Assembly (NCBI GenBank): GCA_944320495.1
Contig: CALUHR010000005.1
Location: 248,581 to 312,580, forward strand
Origin: Candidatus Methanomethylophilaceae archaeon
Lineage (GTDB): Archaea; Thermoplasmatota; Thermoplasmata; Methanomassiliicoccales; Methanomethylophilaceae
DNA length: 64,000 nt
Direction: 5' to 3'
The notes beneath the pieces are model-generated. The model made no database searches, was not told where the DNA came from, and saw only the letters and a program-made list of their open reading frames with translations. Each line of letters begins with the position of its first letter. Position 1 is the first letter of the stretch. Positions 46,248 through 55,595 of this stretch are shown one piece after another. Position numbers and translations under genes: made by a program.

Positions 46248-48137
46248 TTACGTCAAATGTACGATTATTTTTCGTACACATGGACCCGAGGGGCATCTCC
46301 TACGGCGAATGACGTAGTGCCGCGATCGCGATCGCTCCGCGGACTCGTCCATGAAGGACTTGTCGACCTTCTTGCGCTGGCGTCCGCCGGTCTTCTTGAG
46401 CTTGCCCTGGTTGATCGCCCACTCGTAGCTCTTCTGCTCCGGGGGCGTGATCAGCACCCTCTCGCCCTTGCCGTACTTCCTGCCGGTCACCCAGTTGGTG
46501 AACGGGGCTACCACGCGGTACTCGTCCGCGTCGAGCACGATCTCGCGCACGGTGGGCCTGCCCTTCATCTGCGAGTACGTGCCCGCGAACTCGGTGGCGT
46601 GGCCGTCCTTGACCTCGATGACCTTGGTGCACACGGTGTCCAGGAAGTACCTGTCGTGGGTGACCGTGATCACGGTGCCGTCGTACTCGTTCAGCGCCTC
46701 CTCGACGGCGTGCTTCGCGGGGATGTCGAGGTAGTTCGTGGGCTCGTCCAGGACCAGGAGGTTCGTGGCATCGAGGAGCAGCGTGCACAGCGCCACCCTC
46801 GCCCTCTGACCTCCGGACAGGGTGGAGATGGGCCTCTCGACGTCGTTCCCGAACATGAGGAAGCGTGCGAGCATGTGCCTGGCCTCCGCCCTGCGCTCCT
46901 TGCCCACGATGAGCAGGAGCTGCTCCTCGGCGGTGAGCTTGGGATCGAGCATCTCATGGTGCTGCGAGTAGTACCCGATCCTCGCGCCGGGGGCGACCCA
47001 CAGGTCCCCCTTGGAGGGTATCTCGCCGAGCAGCGCCTTCACCAGGGTGGACTTGCCCTCGCCGTTGGCGCCGAATATGCCGACCTTCTCCCCCTTCTGG
47101 ATGTCGAGGTCGACGTCGGAGAGGATCCTCCTCCCGCCGAGGTCCACGCAGAGGCCCTTGGCGATCATGACGTTCTTGCCGGACTTGGGGGCGGACTGGA
47201 TGCGGACGGTGATCTCCTGCATCTTCTCCGGCTTCTCCTTGACCTCCATCTTCTCTATCATCTTCTGGCGGGTCTTGTGGGTGGTCATGTACCACTGGTC
47301 CTGATGGAGCTCGGCGGCGATCTGCTCCTGGCGCTTCTTCTGGGAGGCGTACTTGCGATACTCCTTCTCCATGCGGTCCAGCTCCAGCATCTTCTTCATG
47401 ATGAAGTCGGAGTAGTTCCCCTTGTACTCGCGTGACTTCCCGCGGTCGATCTCCAGCATGCGGGTGGCGATCTTGTCCAGGAAGTACCTGTCGTGGCTCA
47501 CGACGAGCACGGCGCAGTGCGATTTGATGAGGTAGTCCTCCAGCCACTCGACTGTGGTGATGTCCAGGTGCGAGGTGGGCTCGTCCATGACGAGCAGGTC
47601 GCAGTCGTCCGCCTGGATGACGATCCTGGAGAGCATGACCTTGGTGCGCTCCCCTCCCGAGAGGGTGGACATGAGACGCTCCATGATGTCGGGGTCGAGG
47701 CCGACCTTCCTCAGCGCCTCGACCTTCTGGGCCTCGTCGTCCTCGTCCACCTTGGCGAGCCTCGCCTCCAGGGCGGAGTTCTCCTCCGCCAGGGCGTTCC
47801 AGTCGATGTCCCCTCCGGACATCATCTCCGCCTCGATCTCGGCCAGCCTCCTCCTGATGGCCTCGATGTGGCCGTACGGGCGTCCGAGGACCTCGCGCAC
47901 GGTGACGTCGCCGGACTCTGCGAACTGCTCCAGATATCCTATCCTCTCCGTCTGCTGTATGAGCTCGCCGGTGTCCGGTTTGATCTCGCCCATGAGGATG
48001 CTCAGGAAGGTGGTCTTCCCGGCGCCGTTGACCCCTATGAGTCCGATGCTGTCGCCCTCGTTGATCTGGAGGCTGACGTCCTTGAGGACCTTGACGGGGC
48101 CGAAGGCCTTGGCTATCGACTGGGCTTTGAGGAGCAT
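46248..48137 (-). CDS. ABC-F family ATPase
   Basis: Two ABC cassettes (GVNGAGKT/LSGGE; GANGEGKS/LSGGQ) with EKEYR linker, no TM. Confidence 0.9.
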   Translation of the reverse strand: MLLKAQSIAKAFGPVKVLKDVSLQINEGDSIGLIGVNGAGKTTFLSILMGEIKPDTGELIQQTERIGYLEQFAESGDVTVREVLGRPYGHIEAIRRRLAEIEAEMMSGGDIDWNALAEENSALEARLAKVDEDDEAQKVEALRKVGLDPDIMERLMSTLSGGERTKVMLSRIVIQADDCDLLVMDEPTSHLDITTVEWLEDYLIKSHCAVLVVSHDRYFLDKIATRMLEIDRGKSREYKGNYSDFIMKKMLELDRMEKEYRKYASQKKRQEQIAAELHQDQWYMTTHKTRQKMIEKMEVKEKPEKMQEITVRIQSAPKSGKNVMIAKGLCVDLGGRRILSDVDLDIQKGEKVGIFGANGEGKSTLVKALLGEIPSKGDLWVAPGARIGYYSQHHEMLDPKLTAEEQLLLIVGKERRAEARHMLARFLMFGNDVERPISTLSGGQRARVALCTLLLDATNLLVLDEPTNYLDIPAKHAVEEALNEYDGTVITVTHDRYFLDTVCTKVIEVKDGHATEFAGTYSQMKGRPTVREIVLDADEYRVVAPFTNWVTGRKYGKGERVLITPPEQKSYEWAINQGKLKKTGGRQRKKVDKSFMDESAERSRSRHYVIRRRRCPSGPCVRKIIVHLT

Positions 48138-48268
48138 GATGGACCCCAATCTCTCAAGATACAAATGTTCGCGGTCGCCAGCGGGGGACGGAGTATCGTT
48201 CCGACCGCTGTCGTCAGATGCTGATTACATGGGTCGGGACCAGACTTTCGGAATCGGATCGCGGGACC

Positions 48269-49750
48269 TCATGGGGACGTCGAACCAGCTCCGTCGGACC
48301 TCTCGCCCGCACCGGGATCGCCACCGTAGATGCGCTTCAGCCGGTCCAGGCTGTCGAAGTCGAACTCTGGCATCTCCCGGTGGTCGATGGAGTCCATGAA
48401 CGATGCGGCAAAGAGCGGATAGTGCCTCACACCCTTGTCGTCCACGAAGCAGTTCCTGGTCTCGAACATGATCCCCCCGAGATGCATGTCACGTATCGCC
48501 TTGTTGAGGGACGAGCAGTCCCTCTTGCCTCCGGACTTGACCTCCACCGCACAGACCTTCCCATCGACCACCAGGACGAAATCGAGCTCCATCCGCATCT
48601 TCTGATTCCTGAAGTAGTACAGCGGGCGTCCCTGTACGGACAGCGCCTCTGCGATGGCGTTCTCGGCGATCGCCCCGGAGTTCACGTCCAGGTTGCCCGC
48701 GACCACCTCGGCTATGAGCTCGGGCTCGTACAGATGCATGAGCAATCCGGTGTCCAGCATGTACAACTTGAACATGCTCTCTTTGGTCCGTTCCTCCAGC
48801 GGCATGTGCATCTCGGAGACCCTGTGGCAGGAAAGCGTCATACCGGCCATCGCCAGCCAGTCCAGCGCGCGGGCGTACCTGGAGTACCCGTCGTTGTATG
48901 CCCGGTCGTCATCCGCGTCCGGAACATCCCCGCAGTCCTCGCCGGATGGACTCACCCCGTTGAACATGAACCTCTTGTTCTCCGTCGCCAGCATTCTCGG
49001 TATGGCATCGAAGCACGCCTCCACCTTGGACCTCAGAGCGACCGTGTCCCCTGTGTGCTTCTCCATGTCCTCCCTGTATCCGCCGAGGATCTTCCCATGG
49101 ACCCTTCTCACGGGTGCGAACTGCCGGGATCCTACGAACTCCCGGACCGCCTCCGGCATGCCGCCCACCACGAGATACCAGCTGTAGTACTTGCTCAGGG
49201 ATTCGAATACCGTCCCGTCGATGGCCTCGCACCGAGTCAGCGATGAGCGCACGCTGTCCATGACGGCTTCTGGCACCCCGAGCGCCCACAGGAACTCCTC
49301 GAAGTCCATCGGCCCGAGTCCGACCTCCTCCACATACCCTGTAGGAGGCAGCGGAACATCTCTCATGTGCAGCCCCAGCAGCGAGCCAGATGCCACCACC
49401 CTGTATCTCCTGCCATTGTCCTCCGCGAAGGATTTCAGAGCGGTGCGGGCCCTTGGACACTCCTGGATCTCATCCAGGAAGATCAGCGTCCTCCCTGGTA
49501 TGAAATCGAAATCAGGATACTCGGCAGAAAGACGCAGGACAATCTCATCGACCGTCAGGTTCCCGTCGAACGCCCTGCGCGATTCCTCGTCCTTGGCGAG
49601 GTCCACCCTTATGGAATGTATTCCGTTGATCTCACAGAACCGCTCCACGGCATACGTCTTCCCGCATTGGCGCGCCCCGCGGATCATCAGTGCGGACCGC
49701 CTGTCCGACCCGTACCACTCACCTATGGCATCCAAGACCTTCCGACGCAT
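48269..49750 (-). CDS. AAA_14 + DUF4143 ATP-binding protein
   Basis: GARQCGKT, LIFLDEIQECP, YLVVGGMPE, KLYMLDTGLL, AVEVKSG. Confidence 0.9.
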   Translation of the reverse strand: MRRKVLDAIGEWYGSDRRSALMIRGARQCGKTYAVERFCEINGIHSIRVDLAKDEESRRAFDGNLTVDEIVLRLSAEYPDFDFIPGRTLIFLDEIQECPRARTALKSFAEDNGRRYRVVASGSLLGLHMRDVPLPPTGYVEEVGLGPMDFEEFLWALGVPEAVMDSVRSSLTRCEAIDGTVFESLSKYYSWYLVVGGMPEAVREFVGSRQFAPVRRVHGKILGGYREDMEKHTGDTVALRSKVEACFDAIPRMLATENKRFMFNGVSPSGEDCGDVPDADDDRAYNDGYSRYARALDWLAMAGMTLSCHRVSEMHMPLEERTKESMFKLYMLDTGLLMHLYEPELIAEVVAGNLDVNSGAIAENAIAEALSVQGRPLYYFRNQKMRMELDFVLVVDGKVCAVEVKSGGKRDCSSLNKAIRDMHLGGIMFETRNCFVDDKGVRHYPLFAASFMDSIDHREMPEFDFDSLDRLKRIYGGDPGAGERSDGAGSTSP

Positions 49751-49775
49751 GCAATACGATGGGCATCAAGGTAAA

Positions 49776-49895
49776 TCAACTTTTTTACAATAAAATTAGA
49801 TTGTATTTTCAATTTTTATACAAAATTATTGAGAATCATTTTCAACTTTTATACAGTATTCTGAGAATCAAGATTCTACTTTTTCACAGTACTAT
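49776..49895. repeat. AT-rich degenerate tandem repeat, four copies at 33-bp period
   Basis: TC(A/T)A(C/T)TTTT...ACA cores begin at 49776, 49809, 49842, 49875; TGAGAATCA in copies 2 and 3. Confidence 0.7.
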
Positions 49896-49910
49896 CGACT
49901 TCCTCAACAG

Positions 49911-50579
49911 TCAGGAAAGGCTCTGAAACACGGAGAACCGACGGACGTCGCATCGGACGTACTCGTCCGGCAGCTCCGTGGGGACGACCCTGCGTTCCGT
50001 CAGGTCGGAGAGCCTCCTCAGGAACTCGTCCCTCCTGGCTATTGGTATACTCGCCCTCACGTCGACGCGCTCGGAGTACTCGCACTGGGGGCGTACGGCC
50101 ATGAGGTCGGCCATCTTCGACTCGAAGGCGCTGTAGTCCGCGTAGCCCATGTGGAACGAATAGACACAGCACGCCCTGCGGGTCACCCTGGTTACATCGG
50201 CGACCGCAATCTTGGCCCCCTCGGTGTACGCATGCACGAGGCCGCCCGTCCCGAGCAGGGTCCCGCCGAAGTACCTGACCACGACGACCATCGCATCCGT
50301 CAGGCCGGTCCCCTTCAGGACCGCCAGGATCGGCTTCCCCGCCGTTCCGGAGGGCTCCCCGTTGTCGCTGGACCTCTCCTTCCTCGAGGATCCGCCGTAC
50401 ACCGCCGCCCAGCAGTAGTGGGTGGCGTCCCTCCATCTGGAGGAGACGGACTCCAGGTTGGACTGGATGGAGCCCTCGTCGGGACACGGCATGCATATCC
50501 CGATGAAGCGGGATCCCTTGAGCGTCAGCTCGCCGGTGGTCTCGCCGGTGATCGTCTCGAAGTCGGATATGCTGCCCAT
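49911..50579 (-). CDS. yigZ: YigZ/IMPACT family protein
   Basis: KGSRFIG, ATHYCWA, SDNGEPSGTAGKP, VRYFGGTLLGTGGL. Confidence 0.9.
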   Translation of the reverse strand: MGSISDFETITGETTGELTLKGSRFIGICMPCPDEGSIQSNLESVSSRWRDATHYCWAAVYGGSSRKERSSDNGEPSGTAGKPILAVLKGTGLTDAMVVVVRYFGGTLLGTGGLVHAYTEGAKIAVADVTRVTRRACCVYSFHMGYADYSAFESKMADLMAVRPQCEYSERVDVRASIPIARRDEFLRRLSDLTERRVVPTELPDEYVRCDVRRFSVFQSLS

Positions 50580-50891
50580 GTGCGGGTAATTGAGGGGGCC
50601 GTTGTTGAAGGTTTTGAGAGGCACTGTTTTCTCAGAATTTCAATGCCGGTTGATGGCGAGTGGAAACGGATGATGAGAGAGTTTCCATACCGTGGTGTGA
50701 CGGCAATCACACGCCCCATCATGCCCGATGCTACAGATGACTCCGATCCCGCGGTCCGCGGGGACCATCGGGCACCTCGTGGATTCGATGCACGGACGGA
50801 TTGATGGGCAGGGACGATGGGGTCCTGAAGGAACCGTTAGAAGGAAAGGGTGGCCCCCTCCCCGGTAGGGGAGGGGACCTTGGGATCGTTC

Positions 50892-52421
50892 TCAGGCCTC
50901 CTCGGGATCCACGTAGTTCTGGGCGGCCTCGAACTCGTCCAGGACCTCCTGGGAGGGGGCGGGCGTGAGCTTGGCCACGACGACCCCGACGATGAACGCC
51001 AGGATGAATCCGGGGAACAGCGAGTACATTCCGGTGAAGTCCATGAAGGTCTCCCAGAACACGACCACGGCGAATCCGGTGATCATGGCCGCCATGGCTC
51101 CCTGCCAGTTCATGCGCTTCCAGAACAGCGCCAGGATCATGACCGGCGAGAACGCGGATCCGAATCCGGACCAGGCGTAGGACACCAGGCCCATGATGTT
51201 GTCGCTGCCGAACAGGGCGAGGCACATGCCGATGATCGAGATGATCACGACGATGATCCTCGCGAGCCACATGAGGTTCCTCTCGGAGATGTGGACCCTG
51301 CTGCTCTTGGCCAGGACGTCGTTGGTGATGGACGACGCGGAGACCAGGAGCTGGGAGCTCGCGGTGGACATGATGGCCGCGAGGATGGCCGCGAACACCA
51401 CTCCGAGAAGGAACGGGGCGGTCTCCTGGAAGAGCTCCTGGGCGGTGTACATGAACACGAACTCCGCCTCGCTGGAGGACATGGACAGGATGTCGATGCC
51501 GTTCATCGGCAGGTAGACGCCAGCGATGATTCCGATCAGGCACACGAAGGACAGGGCGAGGATACCCCAGATCAGGGAGACCCTGCGGGCGACCTTGATC
51601 TCGGAGACCTTCCTGATGGACATGTACCTGACGACGATGTGGGGCATTCCGTAGTATCCGAGACCCCAGACGAGTCCAGAGATCACGACGGTGAGCGTGA
51701 TGGGGACACCGGCGTTGTAGAAGAAGTCGGTGTAGCCGGGCATCTCGGTGGCCATGATCTCGTCCCATCCAGCCGAGATGGTGTCCCATCCCAGGTCCCC
51801 GATGATGACCAGCGGGACCATGACGATGACGATGACCATCAGGATGGCCTGGAAGAAGTCGGTCCAGCAGAGTGCCTTGTACCCTCCGAGGAACGTGTAG
51901 AGGATGATGACGAGACCTCCGACGAGGATCCCCAGCTGCATTCCGCTGTCCTCCAGGAGCATCTCCATGACGATGCCGCAGCTCTTGAAGCCGGAACCGA
52001 CGTAGATGGTGAAGAAGAACAGGATGACCACGGCGCAGATGATCCTCAGATATCCCTTGTGGTCGGCGAAGCGGTTGGAGAAGAACTCCGGCATGGTAAG
52101 GGAGTTCTTGGAGACGACGGAGTGTTTCCTGAGCCTCTTGGCCACGAAGAGCCAGGAGGTGTACGATCCTATGAGGAGGCCGATTCCGATCCAGGCCTGT
52201 CCCAGTCCCATCAGGACGATGGATCCGGGAAGCCCCATCAGGAGCCAGCCGCTCATGTCCGATGCCTGTGCGGACATGGCGCTTACGTATGGGCCGAACG
52301 ACCTACCCCCGAGGATGTAATCCTCCATGCTGTCGCGGTCCTTGACCTTCCAGAAGTGGACACCGATCAGGATCAGCGCGATGAAGTAGATGACGAACGC
52401 CACCGCTGTCATTGCGTCCAT
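50892..52421 (-). CDS. putP: Sodium/proline symporter (SSS family)
   Basis: DYILGGR, ASDMSGWLLMGLPG, GLGYYGMPH, AAIMSTASSQLL. Confidence 0.9.
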   Translation of the reverse strand: MDAMTAVAFVIYFIALILIGVHFWKVKDRDSMEDYILGGRSFGPYVSAMSAQASDMSGWLLMGLPGSIVLMGLGQAWIGIGLLIGSYTSWLFVAKRLRKHSVVSKNSLTMPEFFSNRFADHKGYLRIICAVVILFFFTIYVGSGFKSCGIVMEMLLEDSGMQLGILVGGLVIILYTFLGGYKALCWTDFFQAILMVIVIVMVPLVIIGDLGWDTISAGWDEIMATEMPGYTDFFYNAGVPITLTVVISGLVWGLGYYGMPHIVVRYMSIRKVSEIKVARRVSLIWGILALSFVCLIGIIAGVYLPMNGIDILSMSSSEAEFVFMYTAQELFQETAPFLLGVVFAAILAAIMSTASSQLLVSASSITNDVLAKSSRVHISERNLMWLARIIVVIISIIGMCLALFGSDNIMGLVSYAWSGFGSAFSPVMILALFWKRMNWQGAMAAMITGFAVVVFWETFMDFTGMYSLFPGFILAFIVGVVVAKLTPAPSQEVLDEFEAAQNYVDPEEA

Positions 52422-52613
52422 TTTGTTACCTTGGAGGGGTTTTAAGAGATGTATAACATAAAAAGAAAACCCCTGCCGAACATTCGGATACGGACGAAAC
52501 ACCCTGCCGTCCGTCTGCCGTCGGGACAGGGGAGGACGTCGTCGACCGTCCGCATATCGTGCCCCGACACCCTGGGGCCAAAGATAAACTAGATAACATT
52601 ACATCACCGCATC

Positions 52614-53687
52614 ATGCCCAGTTTCGATCCAGAGGCTCCCTTCGATGAACTCCCTCCTCTCCCACCGAGAGAGGAGATCGAGACGGAATCCGTCCTGAGA
52701 GCCTGCATCGGAGCATCCAGAGCATTGGGAGAACTCAGAGGACTCGTGGAGACCGTCCCTGAGCAGAGGATCCTCCTCGAACTCCTGCCACTGCAGGAAT
52801 CCAGGTCCAGCTCCGAGATCGAGAACATCCTGTCCTCACGGAACAGACTCTTCGTGGCGGCCACGGGCGGTGATGAATCCGACAGATTCACCAGAGAGGT
52901 CCTGAGATACAATCAGGCCCTCATGAGGTACAACCATACGGTCCCCGATCACACAGCATTGTGCGGGATCTGCTCCATCATATGCGATCAACCCATGAAC
53001 TATCGCAGAACGGACGATGACGAGGTCTTCCTCGTGTCATATGCCGGCAGAGGAACGTCATACACCCCTCCGTCCGGAAGCAATGTAGGGCGTCTGATGA
53101 ACAATCTGATGGAGTACATATTCACAGACGACGAGACGGACCCGCTCATCAAGATGGCCGTCATGCACTACCAATTCGAAGCCATACATCCGTTCTTTGA
53201 CGGGAACTGTCGCACAGGCAGGATCCTCAACATTCTGTACCTGCAGTACAACAGACTCCTGAATGAACCGATACTCTTCCTGAGCCAGTACATCATCGAT
53301 CGCAAGAGCGAGTACTACCGTCTCCTGAGAAACGTAACATCGGGATCCGCATGGGAACCGTGGATCGTATTCATGCTGGAGGGCGTTCGTGAGACGTCTC
53401 TCTCCACGATACGCACGATCAGAGGCATAAGAAGACTGATGAATGAGACCGCTCCCAGATGCGAGGCGCTCAACATACCCATGTCGGCGATGGAATCGAT
53501 CTTCTCCAATCCTTTCTGCACGATATCCCGGATGCAAGCGGAAGTCGGATGCAGCAGGGCAACTGCCGCCAAATATCTGAGGGCGATGGAAGCGGGAGGG
53601 ATCCTATCGTCGGAGAGGAAGGGGAGGACCGTCGTGTATCGCAACGACGGCCTCCTGAGTTTGTTCCGGGAGCGACGACGTGACTAA
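52614..53687 (+). CDS. Fic family protein with N-terminal Fic/DOC_N and C-terminal HTH
   Basis: ESRSSSEIENI; HYQFEAIHPFFDGNCRTGR. Confidence 0.9.
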   Translation: MPSFDPEAPFDELPPLPPREEIETESVLRACIGASRALGELRGLVETVPEQRILLELLPLQESRSSSEIENILSSRNRLFVAATGGDESDRFTREVLRYNQALMRYNHTVPDHTALCGICSIICDQPMNYRRTDDDEVFLVSYAGRGTSYTPPSGSNVGRLMNNLMEYIFTDDETDPLIKMAVMHYQFEAIHPFFDGNCRTGRILNILYLQYNRLLNEPILFLSQYIIDRKSEYYRLLRNVTSGSAWEPWIVFMLEGVRETSLSTIRTIRGIRRLMNETAPRCEALNIPMSAMESIFSNPFCTISRMQAEVGCSRATAAKYLRAMEAGGILSSERKGRTVVYRNDGLLSLFRERRRD

Positions 53688-53750
53688 TTTCTTCGGTTTT
53701 TTAGTCACGACAGCGACGACGTGACTAATTTCTTCGGTTTTTTAGTCACG
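53671..53750. terminator. Tandem 39-bp duplicate, each copy a hairpin, between convergent genes
   Basis: AGCGACGACGTGACTAATTTCTTCGGTTTTTTAGTCACG at 53671-53709 and 53712-53750; arms CGTGACTAA/TTAGTCACG. Confidence 0.55.
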
Positions 53751-53759
53751 TCGCCGGAC

Positions 53760-55595
53760 TCACTCCTCCGGGTCGAACTGGCTGTTGTACAGCTCGGCGT
53801 AGAAGCCTCCCTGGGCCAGCAGCCCGTCGTGGGTGCCCTGCTCGATGATGTTGCCGTCCCGCATCACCAGAATCAGGTCGGAGTTCCTGATGGTGGACAG
53901 CCTGTGGGCTATCACGAAGGACGTGCGGTTCTCCGTCAGGCGGTCCATTGCCTCCTGGATGACTCTCTCCGTGCGGGTGTCAACCGAGCTCGTCGCCTCG
54001 TCGAGGATCAGCAGCGGCGCGTCCTCGATCATGGCCCTGGCTATGGTGACCTGCTGCCTCTGGCCGGCGGACATCTCCGACGCGTCGTTGATGCGCGTGT
54101 CGTAGCCGTCCGGCAGTGTCTGGACGTAATGGTACAGGCCCACGGCCCTGCAGACCTCGTCCAGCCTCTCGTCCGTGACGCCCTCCTTGGAGTACACCAG
54201 GTTCTCCCTGAGGGTGCCCTCGAAGAGCCAGGTGTCCTGGAGGACCATGCAGAACAGGTCGTGGACGTCCTCCCTCCGCATGTCGCGGGTGGACACGCCG
54301 TCGATGAGGATGTCCCCGGAGCTCACCTCGTAGAACCTCATGAGCAGGTTGACCATGGTGGTCTTGCCCGCACCTGTCGGTCCGACGATGGCGACCTTCT
54401 GTCCGGGCAGGACCTCGGCCGAGAAGCCGTGGATGATCTCCCTGTCCGGGGTGTACCCGAAACGGACGTCCCTGAACTCCACGTGGCCCTCCACATGGTC
54501 GAGCCTGGCGGACTTGCCGGACTCGTCCTCCATCTCGGGCTCGTCGAGGAACCCGAAGACCCTCTCCGCGGCGGCGGCTACGGCCTGCATGGAGACGACG
54601 GCCTGGGAGATCTGGGTCAGCGGTTGGGTGAACAGGCGGACGTAGATCATGAACGCCATGATGACGCCGAAGGAGATGCTGCCGTCGATGCACAGCAGGG
54701 CACCGACGATGCAGACCATCACGTATCCCAGGTTCCCGATGAAGTTCATGAAGGGCATCATCAGGCCGCCCAGGAACTGGGACATGAACCCGGACCTGTA
54801 CAGGCTCCTGTTGATGCCGTCGAACTCCGCCTTGGCGGCGGCCTCGCCGCCGTAGGTCTTCATGACCAGGTGCCCGGAGTACATCTCCTCCACGTGCCCG
54901 TTCATGGCCCCGAGGTCCGTTTGCTGGCGGTCGAAGTACTTCTGCGAGCGGCCCATGACCACGGCCATGAAGGCGAACCCCGCCAGGGAGGAGAGGATCG
55001 CCGTGGCGGCCATCGTCATGTTCGTGTAGAGCATCATGATGACAGAGCCCGCCAGGAGCGTTATGGAGGTGGCCATCGTGCTGATGCTCTGGTTCATCGA
55101 CTGGCCCAGCGTGTCCACGTCGTTGGTGACGCGGCTCATCACGTCCCCGGTGGTGCTGGAGTCGAAGTAGCGCAGGGGCAGCCTGTTGATCTTCCTCGAG
55201 ATGTCGCGGCGGAAGTTGGACGCCGTCCTCTGCGATATCGTGGTCATGATGTACTGCTGCACGAAGGTAAGCACCGCGCTCACGGCGTACAGCGCCACCA
55301 GGAGCAGGCAGAGCGAGACTATCCTGTCGAGGTCCATCTGACCGACGATCCACTCGCCGTTCTCAATGTCGAATACCGAGACGCCCGCCTGGATCAGGTC
55401 GGTCACGTCGCTGATGATGTTCGGTCCGGCGAGCGTGAGGACCGTCCCCACGCAGGCGATGACCATCGCTACGAGGAACGGTATCCTGTAGCTCCCCATG
55501 TACTCGAAGAGGCGCCTCCAGGCCAGCCTGAAATCGTCCGCCTTGGCGCCCCCCATCGGGGGCCCCCTCCTTCCGTGTCCGGGTGCGGGGCTCAT
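53760..55595 (-). CDS. Heterodimeric ABC exporter, TM+ATPase subunit 2
   Basis: GPTGAGKT, MSAGQRQ, ILDEATSSVD. Confidence 0.9.
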   Translation of the reverse strand: MSPAPGHGRRGPPMGGAKADDFRLAWRRLFEYMGSYRIPFLVAMVIACVGTVLTLAGPNIISDVTDLIQAGVSVFDIENGEWIVGQMDLDRIVSLCLLLVALYAVSAVLTFVQQYIMTTISQRTASNFRRDISRKINRLPLRYFDSSTTGDVMSRVTNDVDTLGQSMNQSISTMATSITLLAGSVIMMLYTNMTMAATAILSSLAGFAFMAVVMGRSQKYFDRQQTDLGAMNGHVEEMYSGHLVMKTYGGEAAAKAEFDGINRSLYRSGFMSQFLGGLMMPFMNFIGNLGYVMVCIVGALLCIDGSISFGVIMAFMIYVRLFTQPLTQISQAVVSMQAVAAAAERVFGFLDEPEMEDESGKSARLDHVEGHVEFRDVRFGYTPDREIIHGFSAEVLPGQKVAIVGPTGAGKTTMVNLLMRFYEVSSGDILIDGVSTRDMRREDVHDLFCMVLQDTWLFEGTLRENLVYSKEGVTDERLDEVCRAVGLYHYVQTLPDGYDTRINDASEMSAGQRQQVTIARAMIEDAPLLILDEATSSVDTRTERVIQEAMDRLTENRTSFVIAHRLSTIRNSDLILVMRDGNIIEQGTHDGLLAQGGFYAELYNSQFDPEE

